Assembly: GCA_045646985.1 (NCBI GenBank)
Contig: JAZRLV010000037.1
Span: 1 to 60,339 of the forward strand
DNA length: 60,339 bases
Direction: 5' to 3'
DNA from: Clostridia bacterium
GTDB lineage: Bacteria; Bacillota; Clostridia; UMGS1883
This document shows positions 51,601 to 57,844 of the stretch, in pieces (positions within the stretch are counted from its first letter, which is position 1; the number at the start of each line of letters is the position of its first letter). A program made the position numbers and the translations under genes. The notes under the pieces are model-generated. The model did no database searches. It was given only the letters and a program-made list of their open reading frames with translations, and was not told where the DNA came from.

Positions 51601-53139
51601 ACCATCTTCTGAAAATGTTGCTTTATAAAGACCTGAATATGCAAGTACATTTTCTTTATCTACCTGAGAAAGTTCTTCATCCGCATTAATATATTTGATT
51701 CCGTCATTGATCTGCAGTTCAAGAGCTTCCTCTTTGGCTACAATAACATTGTAAAAGCGAACATATTCGTCTGCTTCATCTCCGTTGGCAAATGTTGCAG
51801 CATAAATCATTTCGTCATTTAAAAGCTCAAACTGATATGTGTCGCCTGCTGTGTAACCGTTGTTATTCTTTATGGTATAAAGTCCATTTGACCCGCTTAT
51901 TGTAAGCGTTTCTTCAGGCAGCAGTGCATTTGCATCCTCTACACCGTCCGTTCTGTCAGGAGAAGAAATATTTTTAAAAGTAAAGTCTACTCCAAGTTCC
52001 GGCTTGGTATCTGCTTTGATTTTGATTTCAAAGTTTGCCGGAGCATCTTCCTGTGTAATAAAATTCTGCTTTCCGCTTGGCTCCATGAGCTCTACTTCGC
52101 TGAATTTTGCATACACATCAACGTCACCGGTCAACACATCGTCGCTCTTAACCGGTTTCGTCAATTCTTCATCATAGTACCAGCCGATGAAAATCTGATT
52201 GTCCGCCTGTGCAGGCACGGAAACAAGGCTCAAAAGAGAGCGTGATTTTGCCATTTCTTCAACAGTTTCATCGCCAATGTGCTTAGTTACTTTGTAATAG
52301 ACCGTTTTGCTTCCGCCACTTAATGTAGGCTTTTTAACAGGTTCATCTTTCTTCGCCTCTTCCGGCTCTGTAACTTTTGGGACATCTGGCTCACTATACC
52401 ATACTTTTACAGATTTATCTGTACGCTCGCAAAGTGCCGCAGTTTCAGCACGTGTCGCCTTGCTGTACGGGTCAAAGCTTTTACCGTCTCCATTCAAAAG
52501 GCCAACAGACCAAAGCTTTAAAACAGAATCTTTAGCCCACGAAGCAACCGATGAAATATCCGCAGGTGTAGTATCAACCTTTTTCCCTGTATCATATTCC
52601 ACATCGAATGCGTCAAAATATCTTACAAAGAAAGTTGCCATTTCCTGTCTTGTTACAGGGCTGTTTGGAGAGAATTTATCTTCACCCGTGCCGCCCGTAA
52701 TACCGTGTTTTTTTGCCCATGCTACATAAGGAGCATAATACGCATCCTTTGAAACATCCGAAAATTCGCTCTCACCTTGATAGGAGGATGCATCAACACC
52801 TGCCATTCTGCCGAGAACGGTAACGAACATAGCTCTTGTAAGTTCGCCTTTCGGATCAAATTGATTGGCACTTACTCCTGAAAATATGCCATTCTCCTTA
52901 ACATATTTTACAGAATCATAGTACCAACTGTCTTTTGAAACATCCGAAAAGTCAGATAGATTTTCTAAAATTTCTCCAGCATCTATTGTGAGCTGTTTCT
53001 CGGTTGTTCCATCGTTTTCCGATGTCTTTTGAACAGCTTGTACGTTATTCTCTGTTGCAAAAACCGAAACAACATTTGTCGGTATAACAGTAAATATCAT
53101 AACAAGTGTTAAAAGCATCGCCATAATTCTTTTTGACAT
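42664..53139 (-). CDS. Giant (3491 aa) SLH-anchored surface protein with InlB-B-type repeats, MucBP-like modules, a large unassigned central region and a Big_2-like C-terminus
   Basis: The start at MSKRIMAMLLTLVMIFTV... (ATG 53139, GGAAGGAG RBS) gives a signal peptide. Three SLH repeats follow (FSDVSKDSWYYDSVKYV..., FSDVSKDAYYAPYVAWA..., ASWAKDSVLKLW...). Many G(Y/W)xFxGW repeats alternate with YKVEHY...GF......DGS.V..VYY.R modules. One uninterrupted ORF of 10.5 kb. Confidence 0.85.
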   Translation of the reverse strand: MSKRIMAMLLTLVMIFTVIPTNVVSVFATENNVQAVQKTSENDGTTEKQLTIDAGEILENLSDFSDVSKDSWYYDSVKYVKENGIFSGVSANQFDPKGELTRAMFVTVLGRMAGVDASSYQGESEFSDVSKDAYYAPYVAWAKKHGITGGTGEDKFSPNSPVTRQEMATFFVRYFDAFDVEYDTGKKVDTTPADISSVASWAKDSVLKLWSVGLLNGDGKSFDPYSKATRAETAALCERTDKSVKVWYSEPDVPKVTEPEEAKKDEPVKKPTLSGGSKTVYYKVTKHIGDETVEEMAKSRSLLSLVSVPAQADNQIFIGWYYDEELTKPVKSDDVLTGDVDVYAKFSEVELMEPSGKQNFITQEDAPANFEIKIKADTKPELGVDFTFKNISSPDRTDGVEDANALLPEETLTISGSNGLYTIKNNNGYTAGDTYQFELLNDEMIYAATFANGDEADEYVRFYNVIVAKEEALELQINDGIKYINADEELSQVDKENVLAYSGLYKATFSEDGEATYQATEGNGSFTYNGSGIAVGDTVAVYSGTKPSERSVLSDHDGDVAYLEITAIDSNTYYYKVAETTDVLFTPDVLPIDIDEGDGVESIDAGSLVIDKDKLDFSGDEYKVMNLDSQTIVEVGDFIGFYTGEFGGAAQNAGYARITAIEYSEETATITYAEAAEADVLASMDMFNEKELSEEEIEDALDKQKIEEAVNAQLMGSNFIQEAAQYLAEASLLTEEVQEVFGEDTKPEDLIIIYPDGRKFEDGDIHLMGNLFETAEDSTIQVSVTITPKLEHFEDSTGVRIEISAKFEYDVQKEGSKKKLHLELTALFEEEVLLGFTADGGAVWKKKWIFPYIADYEMNASVGIGSYTGIGITATAKLDQDEVDAGMPWPANDGAEWGTKKLFKLSESIKKASEKYKKVMAEAEGSHGGGLEDKYKDFMENANDAWIDIFEFNIIDKSGTVDPYGVLAYGVKVDFVVSANLNVALGVSFCYEASKKHTIHISVMNKEAESESVDVGTNGYKFDFYVMGMMGIKAGVRAKVLVGLFSVKVDGIGVQAEGGLYAQFWGYFYLSISNYHQPVEQEDGTTKKEWVKEKSMSGAMLIEIGAYLDVNFVAEVLNSKYAWTPSLYSNQWPFLEIGQSENILDFAYEQSEDIYTQEMLEETLDLPTELFEMKYMDLKSGEVYGGEKDEEGNWSTSEEKGNRGTPLVPKDYIDFADDEDKPITDYFHIEFDNDKFSYDAENNRIVVNPGNSVKEETEMKIVFKGAPLAYTSTTPSRTLKISWSDPEGVRYIAFNSNGGTQVKTLSGAGNEAIKWPQNPTKQGYVFAGWYKDEALTRPYTGSTTNLPGKNDTSFTLYAKWTPATDTPYKVEHYLRQLGSKKFDLVTDDTVILKGTTESIVIAQPNDYEGFSPVETVQGVVKANGSLVLQVYYERNKYNVTFKAGEDDKNPTVFSNYYGANVSTPIVTKLGYLFDGWDKEVPVVMPAQDSVFTATWVPDTETPYRVEHYYERADKDGYSLNSFEEKQGETNKALDVNVLAKTDVEGMALEKATVNAQEAETAAILADGTLVIKLYYKRNLYNVNFDTKGATAIQAIPVAYGKKIVKPEAELTKQGYVFAGWYMDEAYTDAVNFTSDKMPANEITLYAKWDPADGVAYKVEHYLAELDGTYTKYAQDSLLSGKTDTDVNAVPAAISGFAFDEENANNIKSGKVAPDGSLVLKLYYNRAYFDVEWLNHKDEVIVTTSVIYGGSVTEPVVDTAPERTGYIFDGWNVPMEPMPATKIKAYAKWAPITYKVVFHNGLETAKTSEQTLTYDANTSLAVNKFENPGYVFAGWTDNEKTYDDGAIVVNLCDTQDATYNLYAIWKPGQASYKIEHYKQNVSGEGYTLAETTAKSGTTEDTTTAEAKNYAGFTPKPITQEVIVGDGSTVVQVYYTRNAYNVIWKGADGNAAATTSVLYEAEITEPSVEPLRTGYIFAGWTLAEHTMPDHDVEISSNWTPITYKVQFNSNFGENKVEGEQEITYDQNTALAVNTIVRPGYDFIGWATAADGEVVYADSASVLNLSEVQGDAVSLYAKWAPASGTKYISKHWLQNVNDDKYTLEETNEHSGVTESMTNVIAHTYAGFTPDTITQKEIVGDGTTEVNVYYTRNNYDIRWIGYNGEIVTTTSQRFESEIVEPETGNPLRTGYTFAGWAVPDTTVPVGGTSVSAAWSPITYQVQFKTNYDEDTVAGEQTITYDTTAALDLNTIERAGYVFLGWSETPEGSVKYTDGYKVTNLANKENEVVTLYAVWQAGSGIKYISQHWQQNAEDDGYTMHETEEHNGVTDTQTNVIAHAYAGFTSKSFEQTNISGDGTTVVNVYYDRNKYDIKWLGYNGELVDTTSQKYGSRVAQTTESLERTGYEFAGWNIAETIVPIDGMSVVATWTPITYTIKFDANGGIGEMEAQTFTYDVDDELNANTFNHDGYVFVGWAEAEDGEVKYSDGGIIHNLADVQDDIVTLYAVWQAGTSTKYISKHWQQNADDDEYTLVETDDHTGVTDTDTNVVAHNYPGFTAKEFEQTNIAGDESTVVDVYYDRNYYDIKWLDNDGNTVATTNQRYGATIEETDEIPERTGYTFESWNLTEETVPVGGTSILANWTPNTYEVMFNANGGVGTMEAQTFTYDVDAKLNANEFTWKGYDFAGWTLENSDTVYADGATVHNLASEQAAVVSLYAIWEPSKSTEYTVYHYQYDVSGETYALADTQVLTGVTDSMTLAQSYSYPGFTAESFEQKKISNLGDTKIEIFYRRNTYEVTFSTTEETSEVIYGGTYGTLPQLERTGYTFKGWFTLENGAGNKIEEDTVVEITENQTLYPHFTINYYDVTFNSDGGSEVKAQSIAYNSLATKPADPSKVGYTFLYWTVNGEEYSFETPVTGGIELKAAWEANTYKLTFDRQGGMTDFVSKDVVYGQPYGKFPSPYRRGYSFVGWFTEPLEGGVEVTEETVTDHASNRTVYARWSLDTFTITYELNGGTITDADTSYTVETESFILQQPTKKGYIFAGWTGANGSEPQKLVTLEKGSNVGALFYRANWTPITYTVNFYANNNTSSYTSQSFIYDQAAALNANAFAYTGYTFTSWNTDPNGKGTAYSNGAEIKNLTDADGGVINLYAQWSLNSYTVQFVDHDGTVLKSNTINHFDAATAPANPSRTGYTFTGWDKTFDEITGPTTITATYSANSYKFTVSTDRAFKMEGDGDNTASIQGLGANGSLVYDQTYTIVPEAASGYTYDGYTLNGVRYDKNAPKIFTMNYTDTVTIVVHFVRNSYSAQTSYYQTSVTYWTSSSCGKDIQTTVHWSNGQTESQDDDNLASSKHTKTFNPPTYGVYPREVTWWIHNLGIFGYSNTLNWTVTIIDARGNSMDIMSNSNKNDTTGSMGTWTSGKTATSIPKITVYGNNKMSFNLTTYGVNGAVGVTYTTNNSAVTASGNTITVDGSKFSGTQTVAIYANGKQVQTITIVKG
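43495..49280 (-). repeat. Coding repeat array inside the giant gene (diverged modules, including super-repeats of about 640 nt)
   Basis: The KYIS(K/Q)HW(L/Q)QN module starts recur at about 46895, 46252 and 45615, with related starts at about 47533 and 44985. Antisense pseudo-ORFs in the track recur with the same period. Boundaries are approximate. Confidence 0.6.
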
Positions 53140-53235
53140 ATTTTTTCTCCTTCCTGTAAACATTGTTTGCCTTGGATTATAATTTTCTGATTTATCGCAT
53201 ATACAGTACAACCTTTCATTTCGTTTTACTGAAAG

Positions 53236-53306
53236 ATTATAACAAAAAAACTCCCCGAAAAGGGGAGTTTGGCATAGATTGCATTTTTTTGGCACAAATT
53301 GCATTT
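53236..53306 (-). promoter_or_regulatory. Candidate activator-dependent promoter of the giant gene: two 19-nt direct repeats plus an extended -10
   Basis: On the minus strand, AAATGCAATTTGTGCCAAA (53306..53288) and AAATGCAATCTATGCCAAA (53286..53268) have a 20-nt period and match at 17 of 19 positions. TGTTATAAT (53244..53236) follows 23 nt after the second repeat (26 nt to the TATAAT hexamer). I see no good -35. Confidence 0.4.
53248..53270 (-). terminator. Terminator of the two-component operon, embedded between the direct repeats and the -10 of the giant gene
   Basis: AAACTCCCC-TTTTC-GGGGAGTTT followed by TTTTTG on the minus strand. Confidence 0.7.
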
Positions 53307-53310
53307 CTGT

Positions 53311-54570
53311 TTAAAAATTCAGACAGATTTTTGAGATAAACTTTTCGTTTTTAACAGTAAAATCAAACATACCTTCATATTTATTTGTCGCAGTAATAAC
53401 AGAGTTTATTCCAATACCGTAAGTGCTCTCGTCAAATCTGAGATTGGCTTTGCACGGATTTTCTATTTTCACAAGCAATCGATTTTCTTTTTCTCTTATG
53501 TCAATATCAATAAGCTTTTCCCCCGATTTAATTTTCTTTGTTGCATTGATTGCATTTTCGAAAAGATTAGCAATTACTATAACCAAGTCCTTAGGCGATA
53601 CGGGTATATCGTGCCCGGCACGGACCGCAATTTTCACTTTAATACCCGCTTCTTTCGCTTTCTTTTCATACACGGAAAGAACTGTATTTATCGTTGGATT
53701 TTTGCAGCAGCTTATTTCTCTAAGGCTATCAGAGTCATCATCTACAAGAGTTTTTAAGTAGTCCTTTACAGTTTCAATATCGTTTTTGTTTGCAAATTCC
53801 AAAAGCACACGGTTATGATGGCGTCTGTCGTGTCTTATTCTGCGTTCCTGTGCCATTTGCAAATTTTCTTTTTCAATCTGCAAAAGAAGAAGCTCGTTTT
53901 GCTGTTCTGTTTCACGTTTCACCGCAACCTCTGTCATATTTTTGATATTGGAAAATATGACGGGATATACTGCAAAAATTGAAATACTCAGAAACAAAAA
54001 CGGTACAAATTCAGGCATATAAATGCTTGTGATTTTAACAGGAAATACGGAGGTTGCCACTATAGTAATTACAAATATGCAATTCACAAAAACAAGCGGA
54101 TACCAACCTGTTACAATACTTTTTGACGCGGCACGGCAGAGCGGGCAAACGCATTTCAAAAAGTAAAATATAACGCCAACCATAAGAGTAGCGTGAATAA
54201 TCGTTTTGACTATAGCATACATACTGGGGAAAGCGCCCTGTATCGCCATAAAAAGCGCCATGAATATGCAGAAGAAAATGGAGTATGTAAGAATAGTGAA
54301 CAGCCTTTGAGAAAATCTGCCTTTTGTAGTTGCAAAAAAGATAATGTATTGAAAAACATAGGCAGTGACAAACCCTAAAAAGAATTTCATACCAATATCT
54401 TTTATCACAAATTCAGAGAAATACCCGATGATTCCCTGAAAGACAACCCAGATACCCCAGACGGAAAAGGTTGTTTTTTTACTGTACTTCAAATCGGATG
54501 AATATATACCCGAAATGGCGTGTGCCACGAGAACAACTAACTGTTCAAACATAAGTGATATCATAGCCAT
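53311..54570 (-). CDS. AgrC/HPK10-type membrane sensor histidine kinase (GHKL, HATPase_c_5-like)
   Basis: Six or seven N-terminal TM segments, H-box IRHDRRHHNRVL and N-box NLFENAINA. Located 3 nt downstream of a LytTR regulator gene. Confidence 0.85.
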   Translation of the reverse strand: MAMISLMFEQLVVLVAHAISGIYSSDLKYSKKTTFSVWGIWVVFQGIIGYFSEFVIKDIGMKFFLGFVTAYVFQYIIFFATTKGRFSQRLFTILTYSIFFCIFMALFMAIQGAFPSMYAIVKTIIHATLMVGVIFYFLKCVCPLCRAASKSIVTGWYPLVFVNCIFVITIVATSVFPVKITSIYMPEFVPFLFLSISIFAVYPVIFSNIKNMTEVAVKRETEQQNELLLLQIEKENLQMAQERRIRHDRRHHNRVLLEFANKNDIETVKDYLKTLVDDDSDSLREISCCKNPTINTVLSVYEKKAKEAGIKVKIAVRAGHDIPVSPKDLVIVIANLFENAINATKKIKSGEKLIDIDIREKENRLLVKIENPCKANLRFDESTYGIGINSVITATNKYEGMFDFTVKNEKFISKICLNF

Positions 54571-54573
54571 TCT

Positions 54574-55302
54574 TTAATTCTCCTCTCCTGCATACTGAAG
54601 TTCCCAAAAAGCTTCTTTTATTGGGTTATGCGCACCACGAGGAAGAAATAACTTTGTATTGTTATTGAAGCACACTTCCCCGGTAGATACACTTTTAACT
54701 TTATTAAGATTTATTATATAAGCACTTCCGCCACGAACAAATCCGCCATATTGTGACAGTTGCTCAAAAAGTTCCGAAACTGTCATCCTCGAACGCACTT
54801 GACCGTCGCAGGTAAAATTCACATACTGGTAGTGAGAGCGCGACTCGGTATAAAGGATATTGCTTATGTTAATATTTTCAACTCCGTTCTCCGTTTTTAG
54901 TCTTATGAATTTACTACTAAGCTTTTTGGCTTTTTCGACCGCCACGTCCATTGCTCCATAAAACTTTTCCGGATTAAGTGGTTTTATTAGATAGCGAAGT
55001 GTATCTGTTTCAAGACTTTCGGGAGCATGTTCTATTGATGTTGTCAAAAATACAATAGGACTTTCAATACCTTTTCTCCGAAGTTCTCTTGCAAGGTCTG
55101 TGCCCATTTCATCACCGATATACACATCCAGCAGAAATATATCAAAGAATTCGCCGTTATCAATACTGTTCAGCAACGAAGTTGCCGAGTCAAAAGAAAA
55201 AACTTCAAGCTCCGATGTTTCATTTTTCTCAGAATATTTTTTGATATAGTACGAAACCTCGTCTAAAATGACTGATTCATCATCGCATATAGCTATTCTC
55301 AA
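54574..55302 (-). CDS. LytTR-family response regulator
   Basis: Receiver domain (MRIAICDDE...DIFLLDV) plus a C-terminal LytTR domain (I..I.Y.ES..HY......DG......T..E....L....F.R...S...N). Apparent TTG start after GGGAGGAG. Confidence 0.9.
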   Translation of the reverse strand: MRIAICDDESVILDEVSYYIKKYSEKNETSELEVFSFDSATSLLNSIDNGEFFDIFLLDVYIGDEMGTDLARELRRKGIESPIVFLTTSIEHAPESLETDTLRYLIKPLNPEKFYGAMDVAVEKAKKLSSKFIRLKTENGVENINISNILYTESRSHYQYVNFTCDGQVRSRMTVSELFEQLSQYGGFVRGGSAYIINLNKVKSVSTGEVCFNNNTKLFLPRGAHNPIKEAFWELQYAGEEN

Positions 55303-55471
55303 TATTTTAACTCCTCCCTATTTTCTCATATTCCTACCTGAAATTGCTATTAACATTGCCCACAAAACGGACTAAACATTACTATAAAAAGCGTTTGTCT
55401 CTTTTATAAAGACTGTATAATCTGGATGCCTGTCTTTTTAATGGTAGTTCATAACAAGTTAGGACTAAAAT

Positions 55472-56182
55472 CTATTCCTTATCTATTTCGCTCATATATC
55501 CTGCTGTAATGATACCAGCAGGCAAAGCAACAATAGCAATACCAAATATTGATGAAACCATTGTAACAATTCTTCCAATTGTAGTAATTGGATAGATATC
55601 TCCATAACCAACAGTCGTTAGTGAAACAGTTGCCCAATATATCGCATCAAAAAAATTGTTGAAAGATTCAGGTTCTACATTAAAAACAACAAGTGCTGAA
55701 ATTATTATGTAGGCTATTGCTAATGTTCCAACCGCAATCAACGATTCTTTTGATTTCTTGAAAACAGATGCAATTATTCTTACACTTTTCGAGTATCGAA
55801 ACATTTTAAACGCTCTAAAAACTCTAAAAGCTCTTGCCATTCTAAATACTCTTAAAAGTTTAAAGCCACTATTTAAAACAGAAATTGACGGCAAGATAGA
55901 AATAATGTCAATGATAGCGAATGCTCCAAAAGGATAACGCATAAATGACATCAAAGATTTTTTATTATATTTATAATCAGCAGTAATCCAACGCAAAAAA
56001 TAATCTATAATAAATATAAACAAGCAAATAGTATCTATTTTACTCAAAGCATTATTTATCTGCTTAAAGCATAAAGGCAATATACTTAATAATATAACAA
56101 CTATCATAAAAACATCGTATATCGAGCTTAATTTATTATCATTTTGTGAAGGTTCAATAATTTCAAAAATCTTTTTTCTCAT
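55472..56182 (-). CDS. 6-TM voltage-sensor-containing potassium channel (ion transport family)
   Basis: S4-like LLRVFRMARAFRVFRAFKMFR and the selectivity filter TTVGYGD. Confidence 0.85.
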   Translation of the reverse strand: MRKKIFEIIEPSQNDNKLSSIYDVFMIVVILLSILPLCFKQINNALSKIDTICLFIFIIDYFLRWITADYKYNKKSLMSFMRYPFGAFAIIDIISILPSISVLNSGFKLLRVFRMARAFRVFRAFKMFRYSKSVRIIASVFKKSKESLIAVGTLAIAYIIISALVVFNVEPESFNNFFDAIYWATVSLTTVGYGDIYPITTIGRIVTMVSSIFGIAIVALPAGIITAGYMSEIDKE

Positions 56183-56281
56183 AGGTTTTTCCTTTCGTCA
56201 TTTTTCGACAATCTTTTTATGCCCGTTTAAAATCAGAACTAAAAAATTAATAAAACCAATACTTTCCTTTTCCGTAGCCCT

Positions 56282-57550
56282 TCACTTCTTTATCTCGTCC
56301 CAATAGCGCTTTGTCTGCTGCTCGAGTTTATTGTTTCCGTATTCATAATACTTCCTGTTTTTAAGAGTGTCGGGAAGATATTGCTGTTTCACATAACTAT
56401 TGGGATAGCTGTGAGGATATTTATAATTGTTCCCGTGCCCCATTTTAGAAGCACCGCTGTAGTGCGAATCCTTAAGATGTGAAGGAATTTCGCCCATAAG
56501 CCCGCTGTTTATATCAGAAAGCGCACCATCAATAGCCATTATGGCACTGTTTGACTTTGGCGCAGTTGCAAGCATAATCACAGCCTCCGCAAGCGGAATT
56601 CTCGCTTCAGGGAAGCCAAGCTGCAGTGCCGCATCTACACATGACTTTGTAATAACGATTGCATTTGGATATGCAAGACCGATATCCTCTGCCGCCATAA
56701 CGAGTATACGTCGGCATATACTTTGTAAATCCCCTGCTGATACAAGCCGTGCAAGGTAATGAAGCGCCGCATCAACGTCACTTCCACGAACAGATTTTTG
56801 AAATGCGCTTAAAACATCATAATGGCTGTCCCCGTCACGGTCATGGCGGAATGCTTTTTTCATTGTTACAGATTCAGCAAGAGGTAAATCTATAACGATA
56901 TTCCCCTTTTTGTCAGGCACGGCAGCCATCAGAGAAACCTCAAGTGAGTTAAGCGCCTTTCGCACATCGCCGCAGGCAGTATGCGCAATATGCTCCGATG
57001 CGTCATCTTCAAGTATAATGGGATAATCATTGCAAAGAGTATCTTTTGCACGAGAAAGGGCATTTTTAATATCCTGTGGCTCAACCCCGTAAAATTCAAA
57101 CACTGTAGAACGTGATAAAATAGCGTTATAAATATAAAAATAAGGATTTTCCGTTGTAGATGCTATCAGTGTAACTTTTCCGTTTTCAATACATTCCAGA
57201 AGTGACTGCTGCTGTTTTTTGTTGAAATTCTGAATCTCGTCAAGATACAAAATTACACCGTATATCCCCATCATCGATTCACTCTCTGCAAGCATCGCTT
57301 TGATATCCGACACTGACGCATTGGTGGCGTTCAGCTTGTAAAGCGGTTTCCCCGCCCTTTTTGCAGCAATGTTTGCAACAGTGGTTTTACCTGTTCCCGA
57401 CGGTCCGTAAAAAATCATATTCGGAATTTCACCGCTGTTTATTATATTGTAAAGCACCTTTCCCTCTGCCAGAATATGGCGCTGACCAACAACGTCATCA
57501 AGGCTTTGTGGGCGCATTCTGTCTGCCAATGGACTACGCATAGTATTCAC
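56282..57550 (-). CDS. rarA: Replication-associated recombination protein A (RarA/MgsA AAA+ ATPase)
   Basis: LADRMRP..LD..VGQ.H, GPSGTGKTT, LDEIQNFNK.QQ and the C-terminal MgsA domain (HYD..SAF.KS.RGSD.DAA.YYLA). Confidence 0.93.
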   Translation of the reverse strand: MNTMRSPLADRMRPQSLDDVVGQRHILAEGKVLYNIINSGEIPNMIFYGPSGTGKTTVANIAAKRAGKPLYKLNATNASVSDIKAMLAESESMMGIYGVILYLDEIQNFNKKQQQSLLECIENGKVTLIASTTENPYFYIYNAILSRSTVFEFYGVEPQDIKNALSRAKDTLCNDYPIILEDDASEHIAHTACGDVRKALNSLEVSLMAAVPDKKGNIVIDLPLAESVTMKKAFRHDRDGDSHYDVLSAFQKSVRGSDVDAALHYLARLVSAGDLQSICRRILVMAAEDIGLAYPNAIVITKSCVDAALQLGFPEARIPLAEAVIMLATAPKSNSAIMAIDGALSDINSGLMGEIPSHLKDSHYSGASKMGHGNNYKYPHSYPNSYVKQQYLPDTLKNRKYYEYGNNKLEQQTKRYWDEIKK

Positions 57551-57609
57551 CTCATAAATTTCTCTTCAACATAGAAAATTACATTTCGAGATTGTTAAGG
57601 GGAACCCCT

Positions 57610-57627
57610 TAATAATAATAATAATAA
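57610..57627. repeat. (TAA)6 microsatellite in the rarA-nth intergenic region
   Basis: Six perfect TAA units counted directly. They overlap the 3' arm of the TTAAGGGG-AA-CCCCTTAA hairpin. Confidence 0.85.
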
Positions 57628-57844
57628 AATCTGTTTAAATCAAGGGCGTGTACCTTGATTTGAACTCCTTGCAAGGGCTACCGCGGTTAGCGGTGCGCGA
57701 GCGTAAGCCCTTTTTTCGCAAGTGAATGTTTTCTTTAGAATACTTCGCTTGCGAGGAGATGACATTGTCATCCTAATTTATTATATAAAGTTTCTCTTTA
57801 AAAAACAAGAGATTTATGATAAAATATTGTCGGAGGTGGTTATT

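Noticed and set aside
53140-53304. A 55-codon N-terminal extension of the giant ORF (MQFVPKKCNLCQ...).
   Set aside because: The extension runs through the predicted promoter, terminator and direct repeats and has no RBS. ATG 53139 has a GGAAGGAG RBS and yields a canonical signal peptide. Similar 5' extensions were trimmed for smc, ruvC, U32, DJ-1, the deacetylase (23320..23457), pyrK, the permease, metF (31427..31549), metH, SCP2, pdaA, nth (57722..57844) and the 286-aa membrane protein.
55343-55372. A 9-codon ORF (MFSPFCGQC) upstream of the LytTR regulator, considered as an AgrD-like autoinducing peptide.
   Set aside because: It is far shorter than known AgrD or pheromone precursors, has no RBS, and no AgrB-like processing gene is nearby. 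It most likely occurs by chance in AT-rich spacer DNA.
55303-55471. AACATTGCC / AACATTACT direct repeats upstream of the two-component operon, considered as LytTR autoregulation sites.
   Set aside because: Their spacing is about 23 nt rather than 20 or 21. They do not resemble the 19-nt repeats upstream of the giant gene or the classical LytTR consensus. The evidence is too weak to report as a site.
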